Assembly (NCBI GenBank): GCA_045132235.1
Contig: JBGURX010000019.1
Span: 5,756 to 69,755, forward strand
Direction: 5' to 3'
Source: Bacteroidales bacterium
Lineage (GTDB): Bacteria; Bacteroidota; Bacteroidia; Bacteroidales; WCHB1-69
DNA length: 64,000 nt
Shown here: positions 1 through 7,629 of the stretch, one piece after another
Numbering within the stretch: position 1 is the first letter of the stretch
Layout: each line of letters starts with the position of its first letter
Program-made: the position numbers and the translations under genes
Notes under the pieces: model-generated
What the model was told of the DNA's origin: nothing
What the model saw: only the letters and a program-made list of their open reading frames with translations
The model's database searches: none

Positions 1-653
1 GCGTAGTGCATGTAGTTGCCGACCGCGATGGAGGTGAGATAAGTGGGGACGGGCTCGTCGAGCACCCAGCGCCAGACGACGGTGTTGGAGTCGGTGGCGA
101 GGCTGTCCACCAGTTCGCCGCCGCAGATGGCGCGCTTGCCGGCTTCGGTCTCGATATTGAAGGTATAGGAGGATTTGTCGTTGAAGAAGTCGAGGCAGGG
201 GTACCAAGCGCGGCCGAACACATGGGGCAGGTCGCGGAAGGCGACGCCGAGGTTGTAGCAGTACTGTCCGGAGAAGTAGAAGCCGCCGAAGTAGGAGTCG
301 GTGGCGGGGTTGCCGCTGTAGAACACGCGCAGGCGGAGTGTGTCGGCCAGCGGGAGGGGCTGTGCGAGGGGGATGTGCAGCAGGGTGCCCTCATGCGTGT
401 AGTTCGTCACGGGCTGTCCTTCCACCCACAGCGAATCCACCACCAGCCGTTGCAGGTCGAGGTTCACATACGGCAGGGCATCCACCTTCGATACCACCTG
501 CAGGTCGGTGTGGCCATAGACGATTTTCGTATCGAAATCGGTGATATTCAAGAAAATATCGTAATGATCCACATGCACGCTGTCGGCACGGTCCTGCGCC
601 GATATCATGCACATCATTCCCAAAAATCCAGCAATAAGGAAAAGTTTTTTCAT
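1..653 (-). CDS. M1 family metallopeptidase (aminopeptidase N-like). N-terminal part only; the 3' end runs off the window.
   Basis: I translated the minus strand by hand from the ATG at 651-653. It reads MKKLFLIAGFLGMMCMISAQDRADSVHVDHYDIFLNITDF...FGRAWYPCLDFFNDKSSYTF...VPTYLTSIAVGNYMHY, which has a signal peptide and resembles an M1 N-terminal domain. It is absent from the ORF track because it has no stop in the window. The + ORF 6..713 is its antisense shadow. Confidence 0.7.
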   Translation of the reverse strand, partial: MKKLFLIAGFLGMMCMISAQDRADSVHVDHYDIFLNITDFDTKIVYGHTDLQVVSKVDALPYVNLDLQRLVVDSLWVEGQPVTNYTHEGTLLHIPLAQPLPLADTLRLRVFYSGNPATDSYFGGFYFSGQYCYNLGVAFRDLPHVFGRAWYPCLDFFNDKSSYTFNIETEAGKRAICGGELVDSLATDSNTVVWRWVLDEPVPTYLTSIAVGNYMHY

Positions 654-737
654 ACCCATGATTTTGAGGGCAAAAATACGATTTTTTTCGGAAATGATGA
701 CCGGCGAAAGTGAAACGCATCGCCACATAACAGCATG

Positions 738-745
738 CAAAAATA
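738..745 (-). promoter_or_regulatory. Candidate Bacteroidetes -7 box (TAnnTTTG) for the M1 peptidase gene
   Basis: The plus strand reads CAAAAATA, which is TATTTTTG on the minus strand. It lies 85 nt upstream of the ATG at 653. Confidence 0.4.
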
Positions 746-883
746 TTGTTATTTTTACAATTATTTTATTTTTATTTCAAAAATTGTTGTATTTTTGCAG
801 CGGGTTTAAACTCGTCACCAAGATCGCACAATGTGTGGACGCCCTTTGGGGAACGAACAGGATGGTTTGAGCCCTTTTTCTTT

Positions 884-1315
884 TTAAAATTTCCGATTGG
901 AGTAAAAACTTTTAAGATAGTTATCCTTCTTTCCGATTTTCAGACACAAAGTATAGGTTATTCCATTTTCCTTTTTTGTAAGATAATAACACAACCGCGA
1001 TGCTTCAGAATCATCTCTTTCCCCCATCTGAATAACCTCACACATATTAATTATTTCCAGTGCCGTAACCTGTCCAATTCTACTATTATAATGCTTTAAC
1101 AGAATGTGTTGTGGCCCATCACTTCGTTTAGTTGGATCCAATTTGAACGACACAATTCTATTGTTTAAGTCAGACACATGAATGCTTATTGGCCTGCCTT
1201 TCGTTTTAGTAAAAGCCGCATAAACTTTTGCTTGTTCCAGTGTAAATTCCATAGTTCCAACCTCGTCAACAAACAGACTCATCTTGGCTGGAAGGTCTTT
1301 TGTAGTTTTTGCCAT
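884..1315 (-). CDS. Hypothetical 143 aa protein in an AT-rich islet
   Basis: This is the only clean ORF in a visibly AT-rich stretch (about 700-1540) between GC-rich genes. It has no signal peptide. The GPQHILLKHYNSRIGQVTALEI segment faintly recalls BECR-type nuclease domains, but I cannot verify that. Confidence 0.55.
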   Translation of the reverse strand: MAKTTKDLPAKMSLFVDEVGTMEFTLEQAKVYAAFTKTKGRPISIHVSDLNNRIVSFKLDPTKRSDGPQHILLKHYNSRIGQVTALEIINMCEVIQMGERDDSEASRLCYYLTKKENGITYTLCLKIGKKDNYLKSFYSNRKF

Positions 1316-1536
1316 AACTTGTCAGAGAGCATCAATCATCTTTGTTCGAGTAGGTTAATTTGTACTTTAGTGGTTAGCAGTTTTTAGTCATGCATAAATA
1401 ATGGAAATCTATAAGAACATAAAAAAAGTGCTAATTTTACAAAAGCACAAGGGAGCATAACGATGGCAAAAGTACAACTATTTTTTCAAATCACAACAAA
1501 ATTACGATTTTTTTATAAAAATAATTGTAAAAAAAA

Positions 1537-2760
1537 TTACCCTCTATAGAAATTGGCATCGCCGTAGCTCAGGAAACGGTAGCCGTGGCTGAGGGCATGG
1601 GCGTAAATGTCGCGCCACGCATCGCCGAGATAGGCGGAGATGAGCAGTAGCAGCGTGCTCTTCGGCTGGTGGAAGTTGGTGATGATGGCGCCCATCATCT
1701 TGAACTGGTACGACGGCACAATCATCAGACAGGTGGAGCTGGTGACGCAGTCGAGCTGCCGCTCATCCAAGTAGTGCAGCAGTGCCTTCAATGCATCTTC
1801 TTTTTCAACTTTCTGAATATCAGAATTTTCATAGACCTCCCACTGCTCCACATGCAGCGGATTGGGCAGGCCGAGGTGCAGCTTTGCGCCCATGATGAAA
1901 ATCGACTCGAGGCTGCGGGTGACGGTGGTGCCGACCGCCACGATGGTTTTCTGCCGACTGGCCAGCAGGTGCTCCAGCAGCTCACGGCGGATAACAATCT
2001 GCTCGTCGTGCATGTAATGGTCGCCGATGGCCTCGGCGGTAACGGGCTTGAAGGTGCCCGCCCCCACATGCAGCGTCACATAGTCGGTTTCAACTCCCTT
2101 GTTTTCAATTTCTTTCACCAGCTCCTTACTGAAATGCAGTCCGGCGGTGGGGGCGGCCACCGAGCCGTCGTAATGGGCATACACGGTCTGGTAGCGGGTC
2201 TCGTCCGCCTTCTCGGCCATACGCTTGATGTAAGGTGGCAACGGCGTTTTGCCATAGGCCTCCACCCATTCGGCAAAGGTCACGGAGGCGTCATTCCACG
2301 AGAAGGCCACCTCAAAGGCATTCTCCACCTGCGCACCCTTCTCGGCCATGACGGTCAGCTGGCGGCCGTTGAGCTCCACCTCGAAGCTGAGCGGCTGTTT
2401 CCAACGTTTGGCGTTGCCCACGAAACATTTCCACGTCACGGGGCCAGTCTGGGCGAGTGCGGCGGTCTGCTCGGTAGTGGGCAGCAGCGGCTCGAGGCAG
2501 AAAATCTCGATGGCGGCACCGGTAGCGTTGTGTACCAGCAGCCGCGCATGGATGACCTTCGAGTCGTTGAACACCACCATCATGTCGGGCGACAAAAAGT
2601 CGGGCAGCGAGGCGAAGTCGCTGTCGGTAATACACTTATTACCACGCTGATACACCAGCAGTTTGGAGGTGGTGCGCGACTCTTTGGGGTAGAAGGCGAT
2701 GCGCTCGTCGGGCAGCGGGTAGTCGAAATCCTCTATTCGGATGTTTTTCTGAGGGGTCAT
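1537..2760 (-). CDS. queA: S-adenosylmethionine:tRNA ribosyltransferase-isomerase
   Basis: QueA motifs are present: DFDYPLPDERIAFYP, AAPTAGLHF, VTLHVGAGTFKPV, VGTTVTRSLES, FHQPKSTLLLLISA, FLSYGDA. Confidence 0.9.
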   Translation of the reverse strand: MTPQKNIRIEDFDYPLPDERIAFYPKESRTTSKLLVYQRGNKCITDSDFASLPDFLSPDMMVVFNDSKVIHARLLVHNATGAAIEIFCLEPLLPTTEQTAALAQTGPVTWKCFVGNAKRWKQPLSFEVELNGRQLTVMAEKGAQVENAFEVAFSWNDASVTFAEWVEAYGKTPLPPYIKRMAEKADETRYQTVYAHYDGSVAAPTAGLHFSKELVKEIENKGVETDYVTLHVGAGTFKPVTAEAIGDHYMHDEQIVIRRELLEHLLASRQKTIVAVGTTVTRSLESIFIMGAKLHLGLPNPLHVEQWEVYENSDIQKVEKEDALKALLHYLDERQLDCVTSSTCLMIVPSYQFKMMGAIITNFHQPKSTLLLLISAYLGDAWRDIYAHALSHGYRFLSYGDANFYRG

Positions 2761-2848
2761 AAAGGAATGATTAATGGTATGGAGATAACGAAGAATGGCA
2801 TTGAATATTATTTTCTATTCAAAAAAGCGGAAAATGCGAAAAATGATG

Positions 2849-2856
2849 TAACTTTG
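2849..2856 (+). promoter_or_regulatory. Candidate -7 box (TAACTTTG)
   Basis: It matches TAnnTTTG and lies 11 nt before the ATG at 2867, or 20 nt before the alternative ATG at 2876. Confidence 0.45.
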
Positions 2857-2866
2857 CAGCCGTAAA

Positions 2867-3655
2867 ATGAGACACATGAAGAAACTGACTCTTTGCCTAC
2901 TGATATTGGCGCTTGCCGGCGCGGCACAAGCCCAACGCTTTATCGGTTCCGTGATCGCCGGCGCCAACTTCACGCAGGTGGACGGCGACGAGGTGGCCGG
3001 CTTCTACCACCCCGGCTTCAACGGCGGCCTCTCGGTGATGATGCCGTTGGACAACAGCTTCCACTGGTTCGCCACCATCGAACTGCTCTACACCCAGAAG
3101 GGCAGCTACCAGAACGCCTACCGCGCCAACGCCACCCTCAGCGACACCGTGCCGCTGCTGTGGCATAACGAGGATTTCTCCGTGCCTTTCAACAACAAAA
3201 TTAAATACAAGCTGAACCTCGACTATGTGGAAGTGCCCGTGGTATTCCATTTTGAGGACTGGCGAAGCGGCTGCTCCATCGGGGCCGGCTTCGCATGGGG
3301 CCGTCTGGTGCGCGCCAACGAGATCGAGAACGGCTGGACCACCACCACCGACCTGCGCTCCGGCATGTACTCCAAAAACGACTGGAGCGTGATAGCCGAT
3401 GCCAAAATACGGCTGTGGAAAGGGCTGAAGCTCAACTTCCGCTTCCAATATTCGTTCATCCCGCTGCGCATCCGCATGTTCAACCCCTTCGTGCCCGACC
3501 TGAAGGAGGTGCGCAAGCAGTACAACAACGTCATCACCGTGCGGCTCATCTACTCCTTCAACGAGAAATACATCCCTAATCCCGACTACGTGCGGGGCGG
3601 CAAGAAAGGACCGCGCTGGATCCACGACACCTCCACCGGCTGGTACCGCAACTAA
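2867..3655 (+). CDS. Outer membrane beta-barrel (porin family) protein
   Basis: Signal peptide MKKLTLCLLILALAGAAQAQ, alternating beta-strand pattern, and a C-terminal aromatic region. The true start may be the ATG at 2876. Confidence 0.65.
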   Translation: MRHMKKLTLCLLILALAGAAQAQRFIGSVIAGANFTQVDGDEVAGFYHPGFNGGLSVMMPLDNSFHWFATIELLYTQKGSYQNAYRANATLSDTVPLLWHNEDFSVPFNNKIKYKLNLDYVEVPVVFHFEDWRSGCSIGAGFAWGRLVRANEIENGWTTTTDLRSGMYSKNDWSVIADAKIRLWKGLKLNFRFQYSFIPLRIRMFNPFVPDLKEVRKQYNNVITVRLIYSFNEKYIPNPDYVRGGKKGPRWIHDTSTGWYRN

Positions 3656-5469
3656 TTTACAATCAGGAGTTTTTCACTCTTATCCCCTACCCTTATTCCA
3701 TACATTCCGGCTGGCAACAGCAGCTGTCTGAGGAATTGTGTCTGCCCCTCCTCGCAGTACAGCAGACTGCTGTACACCATCCGGCCGCCCATGTCATACA
3801 CATACAGGATGCGGATGCCCGGCTCGCTTACCGTCACACTGACCGTCACCTCGCCCGCAGTGGGATTGGGGTAGAATGACAGCACACTAACATCTTCTTT
3901 TATAGGAATATACTTCAGCATCTCGGCGATGGCCTGTGCGGGGCGCTGCCTTAGGAACTCATCCACCTCCTTCACATCTGCACTCCACTTCTTGTATGTG
4001 GCCGGGAATTTAAAACGATCCATCTGCAAGGGAATCTCCTCCTGTATGGCATCGGTCGCGGCATCCAAGTAAGGTTTTGTTGAATAGTAACTTAAGATAC
4101 TATGGCATAAAGAATTATATCTCTCTACAAACTTCTTTTGAAAATCCGGATTTTCCAACAATTTACGGAACAGCAGCGTGGAAATACGCGAGGCAGGGTA
4201 CTCCTCATCACCATCATAGACAGCATAAGCAAAGCTATCCCAGTCGAGATGCTTTAAGGCCGCATCGCCATCAAAGAAAATCATCCGCCATCGACCATTC
4301 CCGTACTGCCAAAGCCGCACATTGTTGGCCGGCCAGTCTTCATTACAGGTAAAGATCTCCATTATCTGATAATCAATAAAATTATCCAGATCCATCCATT
4401 GCTGGATGCGGACATAATCTTCTTCCACACTCATATCGGCGGTTTCCAGCCACTCCATCATAACATCGAAATTCGTTCCCGAACCATTTTCCACCTCCCA
4501 TCCCCAGTTGGCGATGATGTTATAATAGGCATCATTGCCGTCGTAATGGTCTTCCAAAAAACGCTCATCGGGTTTCTCTTGCAGGAAATAGATGCCCCAA
4601 TACTCGCCATTGAGGTAGAGCACAACTGGACGGATGGCGGGCACGTCAAGGCGCAGGTTGCGTGCGATCTGCTCCGCCACCATGTTCTGCACACCGGCAT
4701 GAGTCCATGCCGCCGAAAAAGGCTTCAGCACCAATCGTTTATATGACTCAATATCATTATCCTCAAAAACTGGCAGACGAAACCGCTTGTCGCCATACTC
4801 CTCGCGGGCATACAGTTTCAAAGCCTTCTGCTGATACTGACGAGAATACCCCCCGTGGGTACGCAACCCGCAGGTCTGGTTCAGGCTCTGTCCGTTGGGT
4901 ATCAGCAGCTCCATATTCACCGCGCGTTCCCAGTCGCGCCCTTCCTGGAAATAGTTGCCTGTCCATGAGCTGCTGCCATCGAACCACACGCCCGGCACCA
5001 AGATGCCGACCGTATCGTCGATAATGTCGCGGTGGGAGGCGCAGAGCGACACCACCGGCAAACCATGACTGTCGCTTCCCAAATCTTGCACCAGATAGGT
5101 GTTGGTGACCACCTGCCCCACCCGCTGTCCGAGACTGTTGAACGGGGCGGCACGCAGCACCACCGCATGTTGCACATGGTCGGGCGGCTCCACAAAGTGG
5201 GTGGGCGAACACATCACCAGCCGGAAGAGGTCGGCCTGAGAGAAACAATTAGCACTCAGCGTGATAGGGTGCTCATACGGAATATCATCGGCGGTAGGCG
5301 GCTGTCCGTCAGTCGTGAAAAAGATGCGCAGGCTCGTGTCGGGACAGGTCATGGTCACCTGCGGGGCATGGGTATAGAAGCCGCCGGCGGGCACCACCTG
5401 CAAGTTCTGCGCTGGCAGCGACAGGGCTGACAGTAGCAGGATGGACAACAGGGCGGCACGGACTTTCAT
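3652..5469 (-). CDS. CotH-like protein with a T9SS C-terminal sorting domain
   Basis: It has a signal peptide and CotH-like segments (LKLYAREEYGDKRF, YLNGEYWGIYFLQEKPDERFLEDHY). The C-terminus is SFYPNPTAGEVTVSV...GMYGIRVGDKSEKLLIVN, which is typical of Por secretion tails. Confidence 0.75.
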   Translation of the reverse strand: MKVRAALLSILLLSALSLPAQNLQVVPAGGFYTHAPQVTMTCPDTSLRIFFTTDGQPPTADDIPYEHPITLSANCFSQADLFRLVMCSPTHFVEPPDHVQHAVVLRAAPFNSLGQRVGQVVTNTYLVQDLGSDSHGLPVVSLCASHRDIIDDTVGILVPGVWFDGSSSWTGNYFQEGRDWERAVNMELLIPNGQSLNQTCGLRTHGGYSRQYQQKALKLYAREEYGDKRFRLPVFEDNDIESYKRLVLKPFSAAWTHAGVQNMVAEQIARNLRLDVPAIRPVVLYLNGEYWGIYFLQEKPDERFLEDHYDGNDAYYNIIANWGWEVENGSGTNFDVMMEWLETADMSVEEDYVRIQQWMDLDNFIDYQIMEIFTCNEDWPANNVRLWQYGNGRWRMIFFDGDAALKHLDWDSFAYAVYDGDEEYPASRISTLLFRKLLENPDFQKKFVERYNSLCHSILSYYSTKPYLDAATDAIQEEIPLQMDRFKFPATYKKWSADVKEVDEFLRQRPAQAIAEMLKYIPIKEDVSVLSFYPNPTAGEVTVSVTVSEPGIRILYVYDMGGRMVYSSLLYCEEGQTQFLRQLLLPAGMYGIRVGDKSEKLLIVN

Positions 5470-5481
5470 GGCAGCGAGGGG

Positions 5482-6237
5482 CTACAGCGAGCGGTTGATG
5501 ACGCCGTTGAACTGTGCGGTGGGCGTGACGATGACCTCGTTGAGGCAGACGTGCGCGGGGCGGCTGAGCACAAACTCCACAATGTCGGCGATGTCCTGTG
5601 CCACCAGCGGCTCGTAGCCCTCGTACACCTTGTCGGCCTTGGCCTTGTCGCCATGGAAGCGCACGATGGAGAACTCCGTCTCGGCGGCGCCAGGGGCGAT
5701 CATGGTCACCTTGATGCCGTAGGGCAGGAAGTCGGTGCGCATGCCTTTGGTGAGAGCCAGCACGGCGTGTTTGGTGGCGCAATAGACGCTGCCGCCCATA
5801 TAGACCTCATGGCTGGCAGTGGAGCCAAGGTTGATGATGTGGCCGCTTTTGCGCTCCACCATCTGTGGGGCCACGAGGCGGGTTATATAGAGCAGACCCT
5901 TGATGTTGGTGTCAATCATGCGGTTCCAGTCCTCAAGGGAGGCCTTGTGGATGGGGTCGAGCTCGACGGCGAGACCGGCGTTGTTGACAAGCACGTCGAT
6001 AGGCTTGAACTCATCGGGGATGGAGTTGATGGCGCGTTCGCAGGCCTGCGGATCGCGCACGTCGAACACGAGCGGGAGCACCTTGCAGGAGGTGCTTCGG
6101 GTAATGTCATCCACAACCTTCATCAGCTTGTCTTCGCTGCGGGCGGTGAGGATGAGGCGGCCGTTCTCGCGGGCCATGGTGCGGGCGATGGCCTCGCCGA
6201 ATCCGGCGGAGGCTCCAGTAATCATAATCGTTCTCAT
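5482..6237 (-). CDS. SDR family NAD(P)-dependent oxidoreductase
   Basis: I chose the internal start MRTIMITGASAGFGEAIA (ATG at 6237). Motifs TGASAGFG, NNAG and YCATKHA are present. The upstream extension to 6372 is AT-rich promoter DNA. Confidence 0.85.
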   Translation of the reverse strand: MRTIMITGASAGFGEAIARTMARENGRLILTARSEDKLMKVVDDITRSTSCKVLPLVFDVRDPQACERAINSIPDEFKPIDVLVNNAGLAVELDPIHKASLEDWNRMIDTNIKGLLYITRLVAPQMVERKSGHIINLGSTASHEVYMGGSVYCATKHAVLALTKGMRTDFLPYGIKVTMIAPGAAETEFSIVRFHGDKAKADKVYEGYEPLVAQDIADIVEFVLSRPAHVCLNEVIVTPTAQFNGVINRSL

Positions 6238-6275
6238 ATCGGTAATTTTTAAATTGACAAAGGATGAACAGGTCG

Positions 6276-6283
6276 CAAAAGTA
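6276..6283 (-). promoter_or_regulatory. Candidate -7 box for the SDR gene
   Basis: The plus strand reads CAAAAGTA, which is TACTTTTG on the minus strand. It lies 39 nt upstream of the ATG at 6237. Confidence 0.45.
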
Positions 6284-6322
6284 CGACATTTTTTTAAGAT
6301 GGCAAATATTGCAAAAAATATG

Positions 6323-6330
6323 TACCTTTG
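6323..6330 (+). promoter_or_regulatory. Candidate -7 box (TACCTTTG)
   Basis: It lies 20 nt upstream of the ATG at 6350. Confidence 0.45.
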
Positions 6331-6349
6331 CAGGCTCAAATCACGACCA

Positions 6350-7621
6350 ATGAAACCCACTAAACTTTTCACACGATTTTGCCTCTTCCTCCTGCTGTGC
6401 TGCTGCGCCGTGCAGGGCTACGCCACCTACCTGTTCATCCCGATGGACCTGACGCAGAAGAACCACCTGAAGGCCTACGGCATTGCCTATTACGCTGTAA
6501 GCAAGGAGATTGACGTGAGCTGGCTGCTCAACTACCGCGGCGGCAGTTTCATGCTGCCCTACAGTGCCGATGTGGCCGACGAGTGCTCCATCCGCGGTGT
6601 GACCTACGAGAACATCTCCGACCTGCAAGGCACCCAGATTCTCTCCGAGATCGCTTCTTTGGAGAACAATATGGACGAAATCCGTCTGACGAAACTGCCC
6701 AAAATCGCCGTGTATTCCCCCAAGAACAAACTGCCGTGGGACGATGCCGTGACGCTGGTGCTCACCTACGCCGAGATTCCCTACACCGTGCTGTACGACA
6801 GCGAGGTGCTGAGCGGCGAGCTGCCCAAATACGACTGGCTGCACCTGCACCACGAGGATTTCACCGGCCAGTACGGCAAGTTCTGGGGCAACTACCGCAA
6901 CGCCAACTGGTACAAGGAGGATGTCGCCGAGCAGGAGGCCACCGCCGCCCGCCTCGGCTTCAGCAAGGTCTCCCAGATGAAACTGGCCGTCGCCAAGAGC
7001 ATCCGCGACTTCGTGGCAGGCGGCGGCTACCTGTTCGCCATGTGCTCCGGCCCCGACAGCTTCGACGTAGCCCTCGCCGCCGAAGGCGTGGACATCTGCG
7101 ACGTGATGTTCGACGGCGACCCCATGGACCCCGACGCACAGTCCAAACTCGACTTCGACAAAACCTTCGCCTTCACCAACTTCCACATCGTCACCAACCC
7201 CTACCAGTACGAAATCTCCGACATCGACATCAAGCCCACCAACAACCGCAAGGCCAACGACTACTTCACCCTCTTCGAGTTCTCCGCCAAATGGGACCCC
7301 GTGCCCACCATGCTCTGCCAAAACCACACCAACGTCATCAGCGGCTTCATGGGACAAACCACCGCCTTCAACAAAGACAAAATCAAACCCACCGTGCTGA
7401 TCATGGGTGAGACCCCCATCTTCAATGAGGCCCGCTACATCCACGGCGAATACGGCAAAGGCACCTGGACCTTCTACTCCGGCCACGACCCGGAAGACTA
7501 CCAGCACTTCGTGAACGACCCGCCCACCGACCTCAACCTCTTCCCCAACTCACCCGGCTACCGCCTGATTCTCAACAATGTGCTCTTCCCCGCTGCCAAG
7601 AAACAGGTAAGGAAAACGTAA
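6350..7621 (+). CDS. Conserved hypothetical secreted protein (family not recognised)
   Basis: Internal start MKPTKLFTRFCLFLLLCCCAVQGYA (signal peptide). Codon usage is like the neighbouring genes. It contains YLFAMCSGPDSF, which could be a nucleophile-elbow-like motif. The track ORF starting at 5900 overlaps the SDR gene antisense. Confidence 0.6.
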   Translation: MKPTKLFTRFCLFLLLCCCAVQGYATYLFIPMDLTQKNHLKAYGIAYYAVSKEIDVSWLLNYRGGSFMLPYSADVADECSIRGVTYENISDLQGTQILSEIASLENNMDEIRLTKLPKIAVYSPKNKLPWDDAVTLVLTYAEIPYTVLYDSEVLSGELPKYDWLHLHHEDFTGQYGKFWGNYRNANWYKEDVAEQEATAARLGFSKVSQMKLAVAKSIRDFVAGGGYLFAMCSGPDSFDVALAAEGVDICDVMFDGDPMDPDAQSKLDFDKTFAFTNFHIVTNPYQYEISDIDIKPTNNRKANDYFTLFEFSAKWDPVPTMLCQNHTNVISGFMGQTTAFNKDKIKPTVLIMGETPIFNEARYIHGEYGKGTWTFYSGHDPEDYQHFVNDPPTDLNLFPNSPGYRLILNNVLFPAAKKQVRKT

Positions 7622-7629
7622 GCCCTCCC

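Noticed and set aside
6-713. A 235 aa plus-strand ORF at the left edge of the window.
   Set aside because: Its composition is Gly/Val/Ala/Glu-rich, as expected for an antisense shadow. The opposite strand encodes a convincing M1 peptidase N-terminus with a signal peptide.
790-797. A plus-strand TATTTTTG box that would drive a transcript antisense to the 3' end of the 143 aa gene, possibly an antisense regulator.
   Set aside because: TAnnTTTG occurs by chance in AT-rich DNA. I saw no downstream terminator, conserved structure or ORF. It would be worth checking only if strand-specific RNA-seq data exist.
1669-2865. Long ORFs antisense to GC-rich genes. This one lies opposite queA. Others are 6341-7507, 8398-9459, 10656-11711, 11981-13012, 14258-15091, 15308-16756, 16839-18230, 19215-20045, 30586-31884, 36680-38095, 40684-41694, 47676-48482, 49365-50477, 51027-51647, 56306-56944, 57542-58219, 59214-60032 and 63253-63999.
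   Set aside because: Each overlaps a gene with clear family motifs on the other strand. Their products are low-complexity and rich in G, V, A, H, R and E, as expected from GC3-rich codons read in reverse.
5900-6349. N-terminal extensions suggested by the ORF track. Examples are 5900 for the 6350 gene, 16683 for the S8 gene, 19964 for the sugar transferase, 34035, 36170, 59950, 6372 for the SDR gene, 28385 for the DUF3127 gene and 48467 for pssA.
   Set aside because: The extensions run through AT-rich promoter DNA or overlap neighbouring genes. The internal ATGs give proper signal peptides or family N-termini and sit the expected distance downstream of TAnnTTTG boxes.
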